Shown piece after piece: positions 26,069-41,100 of a DNA stretch of 64,000 bases (positions are counted from its first letter, which is position 1; every line of letters starts with the position of its first letter). The notes under the pieces are model-generated. The model searched no databases, had not been told where the DNA came from, and worked only from the letters and a program-made list of their open reading frames with translations. Both the position numbers and the translations under genes were made by a program. The stretch is from Eledone cirrhosa (taxonomy: Eukaryota). The DNA lies in contig CAXHJY010001693.1 of assembly GCA_964016885.1 (NCBI GenBank), positions 62,001 through 126,000 of the forward strand. The letters are read 5' to 3'.

Positions 26069-29000
26069 CACACACACACATATATCCTCCACCAACACCA
26101 CCCTCATTTATTCCCCTCCCTTCCACCCATGACCATATAGTGTTAGAGTGATTATCTCAGGTGCAGGTTAGACAGGCAAGGTGAAGTAGGGAGGGGGGGT
26201 CAAACTTGTGTGGGGAGGGGGAGAGAGAAGTAGCTGGAAAGAGAGGGAAGGAAAGAGAGAGGAGAGATCCTGTTGAGATGAGAGCTGGCAAGAGAAATAG
26301 CTAGAGTGAGTTAGATACATATAGAGAGTGAGATAGATAGATAGAGAGTGACCAAGAGATAAATAGAAGGAGCGAGATATAGCAAGAGATAGATAGAGAG
26401 TGAGCAAGAGATAGACAGAGGGAGAGAAAGAGAGAGATAGCGATAGATAGATGGAGGGAGAGGGGGAGAGAGAGAGAGAGAGACTCACCTGAAACATCGG
26501 TTTAACACCGAATGGCATCGTAGGGAAAACATAATCGGCGTTTCTCGGTTTGTAATCATATCGCGGGTAATGGTGGACTGAGTGTGGCACAAAGTTTGTG
26601 GGCTACAAGAGAAGATCCAGCTAGGAGTGAGACACGGATGCTCAAGTCATCAACACTAACGAGGTGAGGCTAACGAGCTGAGAAAGGGATGCAGAGTGTT
26701 TGCAGAAATGGATGAGTGCCTGCTGCAAACCCACAAGAGGGGTTTTTAAAAGACAAGACCCGACTGACTGACATAGAAACTTCACCTTTGGAATGATTGA
26801 CTGCAGCAAAACTCAGAGAAAAATAATAACAAAACCCTGATCCACAAAGTGATAAAAACTGGGATTAACCATAAAAATGTTTGCAAAAAAATGGAATTGA
26901 ACCCACAACCTTAAGTTTAAATCCCTAACCACTGGGCCATACGCTTTCATTATATAATAATTATTTCTGATTTAGGCACAGAGCCAACAATTTGGGGGAA
27001 TGGGAAAGTCAAATCGACCCCAGTACATTACTGGTAATTTATTTTATTGACCCCTGTAAGGATGAAAGGCAAAGCTAACCTTGGCAGGTTTTGAACTCAG
27101 AACTTAATGACAAAGATTGACCACAAAAATGTTTAAAAAAAAAGAAAACCTTTGAACACGAACTGCAAATTATGGAAGATCCACCCACTTTTTAAACTGG
27201 GTTTTTCTTTTTTCGGTGATGGATCTAACTCATTGCACCTCAATCACATTTATGAGGGTACCTTCAACAGAGACCCACTCTGTTAAAGATAAGATGACAA
27301 GGGACAATGGTTACAGGACTAAGGACTACAGCAAACAGGAGGGTTTTTATTAAGTCCTGATCAACACAATCGCTGTTACATCTCACACCTATGTAGGTTT
27401 AGCTGGCCTCCTACGATGTTGTATTTCATAGGAGGTTTCTTGGGTGTTTTAATAATAGAGATCCCAGTCCTATCATGTTGTTGTTACATCTCACACCTAT
27501 ATAGGTTTAGCTGGCTTCCTACGAGGTTGTATCTCACAGGAAGTTTCTCGTGTTTTAACGACCCCCCTCCATATCATTAAGATTCTACCCTCCCCAGCTG
27601 AAGGACACAACCCACTGCTCTGCCCAGGGGCAAGAGTTAAAAAGAGGCTTGACCAAGATAATAACACTGGAGATATTAACCAGAGAAATGTTTTAAAGAA
27701 AGAAAAATGGTGACCAAGAGATTACAAACTGTAAGGTACGAAAATTTAAGCCTGAATCAAAGATCAAGCCTGAAGCTAGAGTCAAACCTGAACCGAGAAT
27801 CAAAGATCAAGCCTGAAATAAGAGTTAAGTTGAACCAGGATCAAGCCTGAACCATGACTTAAAACTTGAACTTTGAGTCAAGAGTCAAGTCGACATTTTG
27901 AAACCATACAATGGAAAAAAAAAAAAATTTTTTTTTCTTTGTTTATGTTTAGAAATTTCAACATTGAGGGGGAAAGTTGGGAAGAAGAAATAAAAAAAAA
28001 TATAGAAAACTCGAATAAAAGTTTCAAAACATGCAAACATACAAATAAACAAACAAATCTCTTTTGCAAAAGAGATTAGGGTAGAAGGAGAAAAAAAAAA
28101 AAAAAAAAAGACATTATTATGCAAGATTTGGATTAAAATAATAAAACAATACTTTGGTTAAGTCATGTCAATATTTTCACAAACAAAAATCAATTGAAAA
28201 AAGGACACAAGAAAGATTACCATGCCAACACATCACTAGCTGCCAGAATATCACAAAGAAACAAACAATATATATGTGTATGTATGTGTGTATATATATA
28301 TATATATATAAAATAATGTTGTCTCTGATCGAGACGAAACAAGAGTCTATTTGAATACATATGAAAGTGAGAAAACTCATTGCTCTTCGATCAGCTGACA
28401 GAGGACAGAGACCAGCGGCCAGAGAGACAATAGGTGGGTGGGTGATAGGCAGCTTTCCTACATTTCATCTGACTGTCACCCACCTTGTGTATTGTCTCTG
28501 TTGACCACTGGTCTGTCCTTTCAGGCAGTGTTTTGCTCATCGTTGATCTCATCATCATCATCATCGTTTTACGTCCGTTCTTCCATGCTAGCATGGGTTA
28601 GACGGGTTGTCCTGTTGTGGGCAGTGTCTGGTTGGCTGACCATGCCTTGCTCATACAGGAACTGATTCTGGCTTGGTTTCTACAGCTGGATGCCCTTCCT
28701 AACACCAACCTCATTTACAGTGCGTGCTAGGTGCTTTTTTTCCGTGGCACCTACACGTCAACTTTACAGTGTGGGCTGGGTGCTTTTTTGCCGTGGCACC
28801 TCCACGACCACCTTGCAGTGGGAGGGTGTGGGGGCATATTGTCTATATGCTTCAGCTTGTACCCATGGGAGGTCGGGTACTATGTATTACTGTGTGACGC
28901 CAGAGGTCACGGTCGTGTGTCATCACCTTTGAGAGGTGTAATTGGGTAAGGTCGGCTTTTATCACCTCATCTCAAGTCTTCTTGGGTCTCCCCACTCATC

Positions 29001-29222
29001 TAGCGATGAATTTTCTCATTTTTATATGTATTCAAATACAGTCACACTTCATCTCTATCAGAGACAACATTGTGTATATGTATATATATTGATATATAGT
29101 CTTGGGTGTTAAAAAAAACTATGAGAGAGAAATTAAAACATGCTTCAATAAGTTTTCAAATCTGTTAATAATAATAATGATAATATCAAACAGGAACTTA
29201 TAAACCAGACAAACATAGGTAC

Positions 29223-29264
<42 letters not shown>

Positions 29265-29327
29265 ACACGTGTGTGTGTATATTAAACAAGAGCATCTGAA
29301 CAAATGAACATATGTATGCGTGTGTGT

Positions 29328-29410
<83 letters not shown>

Positions 29411-29877
29411 TATATATATATATATACACACATATATATATACACATACACACATATATATATATATATATTAGACAACAATAAGCAACTAACTAAAAGC
29501 GTTAATTATGTTTCTGAAGTTTCTACCTTTGACATCCACAAATGCAAATATACAGACACAAACACTCCAACATCCGACACACAGACAGAAAAATATTTGG
29601 CTTTCATTCTTTGTGCCAATACATATATATTTATATTGGGTGTATACACATGTAAACATGTTATATATATATATATATATATCTGTACATTGGGTATATA
29701 CACATCTATACATGTCAGAACACAGGTTAACTGAGACTGCAAAAATGTGTGTGTCTGTGTGTATATATATCAGAATGGATTCAGTTAGACCATTACTCTC
29801 CAGAGTACTCAATACTTAGAGTAGCAGAGCATTGTTATATGAATGAGTCAGAACTCCCACATTCATATAATATATAT

Positions 29878-29916
<39 letters not shown>

Positions 29917-31034
29917 CTGACACATTGAGCATATTAGACAGTAAACATGTCAAATTTACGTATTTCCCCATAAAATGAAAAAATGACAAATATCCCTAAT
30001 CGACTGACAACCCTTAATGGGGGTGGTGGTCATCAGAGGATATGTACATAAAACAAGCACAAAGAAATACGTAAGTGAAGGCCTTATATTTATGTATGTT
30101 TTTTTTTGTTGGTCATGATCAAACAGTTAGGGTTGCCCTATAGAAGGGCTCCCTAAATACATACATACACTCCCCTCCGCCCTCTATATCAGTTGATCTG
30201 ATATACCTCCTTCCAATCACTGACATCCAAGACCACATTCAGAATAACTAAATGCCATCCACCGGTCTAATAAACCCCTAATGGTTATATTGTGTCCATT
30301 GTTCTGTCTATCCTATTCCAACTGTAGATGGGACCTGATGCCCTCATCCACAGTCTATATTAACCCTTTACCATCTACATTACTCTATATTTACTATTGT
30401 ATTTTCACAGTAAAGGCTTTACCTCACATAAATATCAAATCTATGAGATTTTGATATTTATTTTGAGAACGATAGCTTAACATTGGTATGAATGGCTGGT
30501 TACAGCCGGTTTGAACAGAAATAGGTGAGAGAGTTCTGACCATCCACAATGTTTCTGTGTATGATGATATTTAGAAAGGCTTAACCCTTTAGTATTTACA
30601 TTACTCTATATTTACTGTCGTATTTTCATGGTAAAAACTATATCTCACATAATATTGAATCTATGAGATTTTGATATTATTTATTTTGAGAAGAGGTGAG
30701 GGAATTCTGGCCAGATTCGGCCGGTTTAAATGCTAAAGGGTTAAAGAAAAACTACTTATAACTGCCTACACACTTCACCACGACAGAATCTTATCTCGTC
30801 CACTTCTTTATCAGATTTTTTACACCTATTCTCATTTTCTTTCTATCCCCCATCCACAAGCCTCTGGACCCTTATATTATATATAAAATATTATTTCTAT
30901 AAGAAGTGACTTCTACAGGTTTAGTTCTGTTTCATATGATGATGGAACACAACTAGTCCTGAAGAAGTCACTTCTCTGGTGATCATTATTTCTATATTTA
31001 TAAGGAAAATAAGTGGGGTTCAAAAAGCGTGCCT

Positions 31035-31083
<49 letters not shown>

Positions 31084-31201
31084 ACCCTTTTTTATTTATA
31101 TACATACCAGGCGCGTTTTCCGAATCCCCCTTTTTTTCATTATCATTTTGCTTATATATTGTGATCTGTAAAGAATTTTTTCTAACCTCCACACTTTTTT
31201 T

Positions 31202-31248
<47 letters not shown>

Positions 31249-31653
31249 AGATCAAAAGATGGTTAAAGGAGTTCCATATATTTTATTATGCGCATTTCAA
31301 AAACAAACATCATCATCCAATAATATTTGTGTTTTCATCAGATAAAACAGGAGAACATGATATGAAGGCTAAAAAACACTTGTGGATAGTGCAGTTTTAA
31401 ATCAACATATAAAACTGCACTATCCACAAGTGTTTTTTAGCCTTCATATCATGTTCTCCTGTTTTATCTGATTAAAACACAAATATTATTGCATGATGAT
31501 GTTTGTTTTTGAAATGCGCATAATAAAATATATGGAACTCCTTTAACCATCTTTTGATCTTATATATTATGCATACTCCAGTCCTACAAACTGTAGAGTG
31601 CTTCTTATCCGATATCTGCATTGCTTTATTGTACTACAATAAAACTCACCTCC

Positions 31654-31707
<54 letters not shown>

Positions 31708-32090
31708 CACACACATATATATATATAAATAATTTACCCTAGCAATTAATATCCTGGTTCATTTCTATTTAATCCATGCATTTTTATATTTTAATCTAAT
31801 TATCTAATTATTATTTTTAGCTAGTGCTGCCAAAATACTATGTTTGATGTGGTTAAAATGTAGTAGTAGTAGTAGTAATAGTAGTAGTAGCAGTAGTAGT
31901 AGTAGTAGTAGTAGTAGTAGCAGTAGTAGTAGTAGTAGCCTTAGGTGAATGATGTTCTCAATAACCGCACGTCATCAGCAGTGATTGAAAACTCACCATT
32001 AACTCAGGGAAAGGTGGCCTTGCTGAAAACCGTCTAATAGCTTGGATGGCAGCGTCCGGAGGATAGACGAGATTAGCAGATCCAGGGGCA

Positions 32091-32122
<32 letters not shown>

Positions 32123-35100
32123 CGACAAGCCGCTGCTTCCAACGACAACACCACCACCACCACCACCACCACTCACACCACTGCCTGCAGTAGAAACACA
32201 GGGTGCACTGATGACAGAAGCAGCTGCAGCGGGGCTCACCTGAAGAGGGGGAAGTAGAGGAGGTTGCGATTGGCTAGGTGGCGCTGCGTGTGCTACTGCA
32301 CCTGGCAAATTCATCTGAGCCGACTGGATGCGCCGCTGGGCTGCGGCTCGTAGAACTGCTTCAGAGCAATGCTGATCCTGCAAAATAAAGAAGAAAAAAG
32401 GGTTGAGTATATTTAGTAAATAAAACAGAGCTGAGAAAAGGGCTCCCAGATTAAATAAAAACCCACCATTTTTATAATAAAGCCTGCCCTTCATCAATCT
32501 CCCTTGTGGCAAATTAAAAGCAAACATTGTATGCTATATGTAGATGTATGTTCTTTAAAGTAGCTTATGAACGAGGATGAAAACCCTTAACTCTTTACAT
32601 TACTTTATATATACTATTGCAATTTCACAATAAAGGCTTTACCTCACATAATATTGGATCTATAAGATTTTGAATCGGCCGATTTCAAATGATAATGAAA
32701 ATTATTGTGTACAGTGCTCAGGTGTACTACAACTCATCAAAAGTGCATGTATAGTACATATAACAATGTACAAATGTCAGGAAAGTGAACAGTATATGAG
32801 TTATGATATACACACAGACACTTGTGTGTGTGTGTGTGTGTATGGAGGGGGACCTTGAAAATATTGGTACCATCATCATTAAAACAAAACTACTGACCAG
32901 AGTGTGTGATTTTAAAGATGGTAGTACCACCACCAAGAGCTACTGACCTGTGTATGTGTGTGACCTTAAAAAGGAGGGAGGTGGTATCACCAAAAAAAAA
33001 CTGACCTGTATGTGTGTGACCAAAGACCATTTCTTCCTTTCCAATTTTTCACAGCCTTCCCATTTACAAACTCCATCAGACTCTGCCATAACATGTGCAC
33101 TGTAAACATGACTGTATACACCCTTGCTGGTCTCAAAACAGCTGAAAAAGAGAGGAAAGAGAATCTCAGTGGAAGATTATGGAGAAGAAAGGAGTCACAT
33201 TTCAGAAGAAGTCTTTAAATTCTTTTGTTGCGAAACTGCCTGATACAAAACTACTCATTTTAAAATGTTTATTTCATTTTTTTTTCATTCATCATTTTAC
33301 GTCCGCTTTTCCCTGCTTGCAAGGGTGGGACGGGAACTGATTCTGGCTTGATTTCTACAGCTGGATGCCCTTCCTAACACCAACCTCATTTACAGTGAGT
33401 GCTGGGTGCTTTTTTTTTTTTGCCGTGGCACCTCCACGACCACTTTGCAGTGGAATGATAGGGACCCCAGTCCCTATCATCTCATTTCTACAGCTGAGTA
33501 AACTGGAGCAATGTGAAATAAAATGTCTTGCTCAAGGAAACAACACATCACCCGGTCTGAGAATTGAACTCACAACCTTTCAATTGCAAGCCCAATGCTC
33601 TAACCACTAAGCCATGTGCCTCCATATCTTTATATTAAAAGTTTCTACTGCAATTTTATTTAAGAAACTAATGTTAAGTATTGTTAAAAATTTCAGCCTG
33701 CTAATGAAAAACTTATTTTATTAAATTCTTCTAATGTTTTGGTTATTTTCAAAATTTATTTATTTAAACTGCATTTTATTAGAAATACGGTAATGAAAGG
33801 GTTAATAACTAAGTATTACAGACCAAAGGGCATGCCTACTGGGAACAGCAGGGACCTTCCAATACATCCAGAATATCTGAGGCTGAAGGTAGTGGCTTGA
33901 TGTTCATTTAGGCAAATTTTCCGGTTAAATAACAACAATGACGGATGTCAAAGTAATAATTGTTTCTACTTTAGGCACAAGGCCAGCAATTACTCAGTAC
34001 ATTACTGGTACTTTATTTTATCGACCCCGTAAGGATGAAAGGCAAAGTTAACCTCAGCGGGATTTGAACTCAGACTGTAAAGGGACGTAACTATGCTAGA
34101 AAACATGGCGTCCAACCCTCTACCGATACTGCCAATTCACCGCCCTATGTCAAAGTAATAATGATAATTGTTTCTAGTATAGGCACAAGGCCAGCAATTG
34201 TGGGGAAGGGGAAAGTCGATTAAATCGACCCCAGTATATTACTGGTACTTTATTCTATCGATCTCATAAGGACGAAAGGCAAAGTTAACCTCAACGGGAT
34301 TTGAACTTAGACTGTAAAGAGCTGTAACTATGCCACAAAGCATGTCCGACGCTCTACCGATTCTGCCAATCCACCGCCCTAATAATAATGACAATAATAA
34401 TAACAACAACAAAGAAGACTTACCGTTTACAGCTGGCCCACTCACAGACAAATTCCGAACCAACAGATGGCGAACATCTCGAGTCTGCACTACCAGTATT
34501 GTTCCGAATTCGCTTCCGAGCCTTAACCAACTTATCAGCACCTGAGCCTGGAACACCTTTCGGAGATATGGACTGAGCAGGACGTAGGGCAGTGTCTTTA
34601 CTATCTTTACTATACAACAGAGTACCGCCCGACAAAAGGGTACCCTGATTAAAGTTGGAATGCTGTTTTTCAAAAGCGTCCTGCACTGAAGAAACACTAG
34701 AGCTGTCGCAACTGATGTCCCCATCACCAGAATCTGATGCTGGGACCAGCCGTGACTCACAAGTCCTATTTACATGGCTACATAACACAGTTGAATTGGG
34801 TTTGTCAGATTTTTTGTTCTTCAAACAATTGCTACCGGAACATTCTGTCTGCCGCTGTTTCTTGGCACCGCAACTCAAGTGCGTGGCACTCACCTTTTGC
34901 TCAATGTTATTATTGTCTATTAAAAATTTACAATCGCCTACCGTCTCCTGTAGTCCGTTCACGACGACAACACAACCATTTTCCGGAACCCTACCGACAA
35001 CAACAGAAGATGAAGAATTTGATGATGATGATGATGACAAAGATGACACACTTGCTTTCCGCTTTCTCTCTTTTTGATTCTCTGCCGAGAGCTGTAGTTT

Positions 35101-38100
35101 GGTATCAAGCGAGCTTTTGTTACACTCACTGCTGCCTAGATGGTTTAAAATTCCGTTCACTTTGCTGCCAAACTTTTCGACAGGTTTGCTTAACAGAATC
35201 TTTTCACCGACGACACCCAAGTCTTCCGACTTGATGTCAAAGTTAAGTTTGACATCAACAACATTTGAAGCGGACGTCACACCATTGTGGAGTAGTTCAC
35301 CGCCGCCACCTACCTTTGTGTCCACTAATGCTTCATTGTTATTATTGTTGTTATTAGTATTATTATTACTGTGCGGACACAGACATTGAGTTGTTGTGAC
35401 CGCAGTGCTGCCGTTCACTTGGGTCACCGACGTTCGGTTCGGCTTTGGTGATTCACATGTAGTAGTAGTAGTAGTATTGCTGCTGCTAGGAACTGACAGT
35501 TTGAGGTCCCCTAAAGTCTTGCCGCCATCCACAGGGACTTCAGGCTCAATTAGAACCCCTTTCTCCTGTTTCGCACAAACTGTATTAGAATTTGAAACCT
35601 CTCTCTTGCCAACCACGCCATCATCGCCGAGCTGGGGCTTCTCTTCGTCTTCTCCCAACTCCTCTTTAATGGCGTCTGTCGGTAGAGGCTTATGTGAATG
35701 ATATGTCGATGACGATGATAATGATGATGATGATGATGACTGCTGGTTACTATGACAACCGTTGCTGCCGCCCAAAGCATCGACATTCTTCTTTGACTCG
35801 TTACTCATCGAGTACACGAAAGCTACAGAAGGTTCGGCTACTTTGAAATCCATATTAACGTCCATATTTGCCGGAATGCTGTCTGTGTGGTTAAGTAAGA
35901 GGTTTTTCCCATCAGAGGAGCCCGAGCCCGTCAGCAGGATGTTCGGGAAAGCTGTGCTCGGTGGAAGCTCCTTAGCAATGCTTACAACATCGGACTTGTC
36001 TAAACTGGACGGCTCAGGAGCAGCAGCAGCAGTAGTAGAAGTAGTAGTAGTAGTAGCAGGGGCGGTACCCCCTTCTAACAGCTTCAGGCATTTGTTCTCA
36101 ACACGCTCAATTCTTGCCTCAGAGCCTACTTTCACGATATCTTTAGCGCACTCCACCTCTCCACATACCTCCAACTCAAAATTTTGTGCTGTTTGCGGTG
36201 AAGAAGCATTAGACAGCGCAGGGTCGGTGTCTAAAGACTTACAATTCGATGTGACCAACTTGGGCGTCGACACATGACCAGGAAGGGAGGTGAAGTTTTT
36301 CACGGGGCTCACCCTACCTTTCTTCATCTTTTGTGAATTCTCCAGCAGCATGTTCTGACTAGGAGGGAACAAGGGTCCCTGAGATTGGAAAACACATTTT
36401 GTGAGGGTTTGTGGAGAGAGGTTGCTGTCTAAAGAAGTTTCCCCAGGGGAGACTGGAGAAACTTTAGAAAAGATTGTACTGGTAGTTGCTGCAGTAGTAG
36501 TAGTAGTAGTAGTGTTGGTACCAGTAATATCAGTGGTGGTAGTAGAAGCTGTTGTCAACACTTGACTTACTGGTCTGTACTGAATAATTACTTCATTCTG
36601 CTGCAAACTACCATCATTGATCTGTGACAAAGTATTGAGTGGTAGTGAACTTGGGGCAGTGGGATTGCTGTTGACTGGGGCCGCAGGATCGCTTAAACTA
36701 CAGCTGCTCCCGAATATTTGACTCGTCTCTAAACTCAAAGTCTGCTGGTTGTTAGCAAGGTTACTCTCAGGTAAATCACGAATGACAATTTGTTGAGATT
36801 GCAGAGTGGACTGTTGTTGTTGAGCTTGTATCACAAATTGCTGCTGTTGTGGTTGTTGTAGTTGTTGTTGTTGTGGCACCTGAATGACTAGCTGTTGGGT
36901 TTGCAGGGTAGCTGGTGATGTCTGAATGACGAGCTGTTGGGGAGCCTGAACAGGCTGGCCCGGCTGTGAGGGTGGCATTTGAATCACCAACTGCTGCTGT
37001 GCTGCTGCTGATGGTTGCTGCTGTCCCTGGGCAGGCTGCTGCTGTAGTAAGATCTGCGATCCTTGAATGACAAACGGTTCTCCGGGGCGAGGAGAAGAAA
37101 TTGCTTGCATCACGTCCTGTTGGTCGTGGAGTTTAGCTTGAACAACTAACGCCTCCTGGTTGTTTAACTGCCCCGGGATGGGCTGAACAATGACTTCCTG
37201 CTGCTGAAGACTCGCTCCAGAGTTGAGTTGGATCACCAAGTCGGTGCTGTCCTGCTTGACACCATTGTTGCTATCTTGAGTGCCAGGTAGGGCTGCTTTG
37301 CTGGCGGTTTGCAACAGGACAGGGTTAGGCGCTTGGCCAGCCTGTTGCATGTTTTGTGCACCTTGTACAACAGCTGCACCAACAGCGACTGCTGCCTGCA
37401 TCGTAGCAGGAGTTGAAGATAGTTCCATATTCTTAGATTCTTGCTGGGTGGTTTGTTGGAAAAATGGTTGCTCCACGGGACGAACGGTATCGGGTTTCTC
37501 TAGTTGACTGTCCAGAGATTGCGCCAGATCTAATTGCTGGACGTTAGATGTGGTCATTAGGTTCCCAGTCAAAGACTGACTGTTTAAGTCATCCTGAAGA
37601 TCATCTTGGCCAATGTCTGGCTCTGTCTGTTGGCTATCAGTCTCCATGTTTTCCTCCTGTCGTAAGGTACTATCACAAGTGGTCTGCTGAGAGAGGGCCT
37701 CCTTCAGCGTGCTCTCCTGGTTGCTCACCAGCATACTCTGCTGTGACTGGTCTTCGGTTGTGTAGCACGAGTCTTGACTGATTGATGTTTGAGATTCCAT
37801 CGTGTCCGACGGCGCGGGGGAGTCAATAGACGGAGGGTGCCACTCCATGACAGGAACTGTTACCGCCCTCACCACATTCTGTTTGTTGGGTTTCGTCGTC
37901 TCAAGGCTTGGGAAACCATCCTGAGACATGGCGGCATCAGAGCGAGCTGGTGAGGGAGGAGCATTAGAGACTGAAGAAATAGTTAAAGGAGTTTCTGGCA
38001 ACTGGGGAGAGGGACTTTGAGCCCCTCGGTTCTGGTTAAGCTTCTTGGCGAGGAGAGTCTTAATTAGGTTTGTATCTGATGGTAGACGATTTCCAGGAGC

Positions 38101-41100
38101 CCCAACATTGTCTTGGAACAGGCTAGTTTTACTCTGTAGGTTCTGTTGTTTAGTTTGTTGCCTCAACGGGGTGATGCCAGGGCTTTGATTCTGGTCAGAC
38201 TCTACGTGTAAAGCGTGCTGAATGCAAGGATACGAAGGGTTCTGAGCAGTAAGAGGTGTCTGCGGATTGAGAGGGGAATCCTGTAACTTTAGCGACTGTT
38301 GAGCAATAGGCGACCGTAGCTGTTGTTGGAGAACAGAAACAGTTTTACATTGTAGGTTGGGTGTTGAGGTTGACACAGCCGACACGACGATGGTGCGACT
38401 GAGAGGTGTTGAGGGCGTTGGTGGTAAAGGATTGGCTAAGTTTCTCGAAGGCGTTCCGGGAGACTGTAGTATTTTCGCGCAATGTTTCTGTTGGTTCGAC
38501 TGGCCGTGGTGACCCTTTGGGTTGTGTGGCGTAGTCGCTGGAGTTAGGCTTGTCGGGTGTTGACCTCCGGGAAGCTGACTCGAGTGAGAACTGCTGCTAC
38601 CTATAGGGAAAGTTGGGGAAGAATCCGGTTGAAGATGGAGAAGAGGTGGTTCCAATAGTCGTTGTCTTAATGTTGGGGTGTGTGGGGACTGAGAACAGTT
38701 AGCTACTTTCTGAAAGCCATGCGACGAGTGAATGCTAGTTTTATCAACTGAAAGCAAGAAACAAAAAAGAAAAAAAAAACCATAGCAGAACACTACAGCA
38801 CAACAACAACAGCAACAACAACTAAAGGCAATTTATACAAAAAAAAAAAAATCAAAATTTCATTCTAACAAAAGTAATAGCAATAACAATAGTGTGTAAT
38901 TTATGGACAGGGCCAGCAATATGGGCGAAGGAGGGATAAGCCAAGATTTCCCAAACTTTTTCAAAAGTGGAACCCTTCTTAACTTCAGGAACTGTTGGGG
39001 GAACCCCAAAGTCTTATAATTATTTCTACTATAGGCACAAGGCCAACAATTTCAGGGGAGGGGAAAAGTCGATTATATCGACCCCAGTGCATTACTGGTA
39101 CTTTATTTTATCGACCCCGTTAGGATGAAAGGCAAAGCTATGCTCAGTGGGATTTGAACTCAGAATACAAAGGGCTGTAACTCTATGCCACGAAGCATGT
39201 TGGCTGATGCTCTACCGATCTCTTATTTAGGTACAACTTCGTGGGAGGGGTGGGGGGAGAGATCAATTATCTCAACCCCCAGTACATGACTGATACAAGG
39301 ATGGCAGGCAAAGTTGGCTTCAACCGGATTTTAACATTTTTACATTCAGAGGTCAAATCCAGGCAAGGTCATCTTTGTTTTATCCATCAGACATCAATAA
39401 TAAAGTACCAGTCACATACTGGGGTCAGTGCCAGATTTACCCTTGTGCCTAGGTGTGCTTAAACACAGGAGCGTGTTGGCCAGGGGAACCCATCTTGCCA
39501 AAAAAACTTTTTTAACCTCCTTCAGGGCCTAAGTAAGGGGCCTCATTTGGCCTAAATCTGGCACTGACTGGGGTCAATTTAATCAACTTTCCCTTTGCCT
39601 TAAAATTGCTGGCCTTGTGCCTAAATTCGAAACAACAATAATAATAAAATAAGCACAACAATAATAATAATAAAAATAAAATAAGCACAACAATGCTATA
39701 GGCTCTCTCTAGACATAGAAATAAAAGGTAAGAGTATTTCGAGTTAAGGGTTTTAGTGTTTGACACTTTTGATATCAAACCCCAGGAAACTGACCCCTGG
39801 TTAAAAAAGAACCAAGGCTGTTTATTTTAACCCAGCCAGAATTCTTTCACCTCTTTCTGTTCAAACTGGCCACTCATACTGATGTTAAGGTATTGTTCTC
39901 AACATAAATAACATCAAAATCTCATAGATTCGATATTATGTGAGGTAAAGCCTTTACCATGAAAATATAATAGTATATATAGAGTAATGTAAATGGTAAA
40001 GGGTTACAAATAGAGGAGCTGGCAAGCGAGAAACCTTAATATATACACTATATATATATATATATATACTAGGTACACTTAGTACAGATGTATATATAAG
40101 GATGGGCTGATAACTTCATAGGCTGACTATGAAGGAGTGATGCTAGAGCTGCGAAATCTTGCATGCATTAATTTCAACTATTCTTATTTATAACTGCATT
40201 GTTTCTTTCCAGGTAAACTGGCATCTAAATGTTCAAAGACTTCAAAAGTAACTAGTAGTGACTTCTCTTGAAAATGGACAAAATTTGGCATCATGGTGTT
40301 ATCAAGTGCCTGCAGAAAAAGGGGTTTAGTCCCCAAGGACATTCATGCTGACAGGGTTGCTACATTAAGGGATGACACTCCAGCTTTATCAACAGTGCAA
40401 AAATGGGCAGCTGAATTTAGAAGGGGAAGGAAGAGTCTTGAAGATAGGCCAAGGCCTGGACATCCTGCAACTGGCACCACTGACGAAAACATTGATCGTG
40501 TTCACCAAATGGTGATAGATGACAGGTGATTGATTATAAATCAAATAGCCAATGCTATTAAGACATCCTGTGAGAGAGTTGAGAATATTCTGCACAACGA
40601 ACTGGGAATGATGAAGGTTTCTTTCTGTGTGTGATTGCTTGTATAGATATCTGGCTTAATGATTGTTTAAACGTATGTATAAAGTCTAGAGAGGGTACAG
40701 GATTGTATTAAATAAAACACAACAAATATTTAGATAGGCCAAGGCCTGGACATCCTGCAACTAGCACCACTGACGAAAACATTGATCGTGTTCACCAAAT
40801 GGTGATAGATGACAGGTGATTGATTATAAATCAAATAGCCAATGCTATTAAGACATCCTGTGAGAGAGTTGAGAATATTCTGCACAACGAACTGGGAATG
40901 ATGAAGGTTTCTTTCTGTGTGATTGCTTGTATAGATATCTGGCTTAATGATTGTTTAAACGTATGTATAAAGTCTAGAGAGGGTACAGGATTGTATTAAA
41001 TAAAACACAACAAATATTTAGTAAGACCCCCCCCCATAAGGAACAACTAAGACATATGTGATATAAAACATGCAGAATTTAGAAATTATATAATTATAAA

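Noticed and set aside
27860-28270. U-rich sense-strand stretch resembling an alternative ARID2 3' UTR
   Set aside because: Composition only; no supportable terminal-exon boundaries
28311-28385. CTGATCGA-gac-GAAAC-aaga-GTC repeat family (also at 11271 and 29010)
   Set aside because: Core spacing is wrong and there is no stem I partner, so it cannot be called a ribozyme from these copies
34330-37781. Plus-strand ORFs antisense to the ARID2 giant exon
   Set aside because: Shadow ORFs of the coding strand
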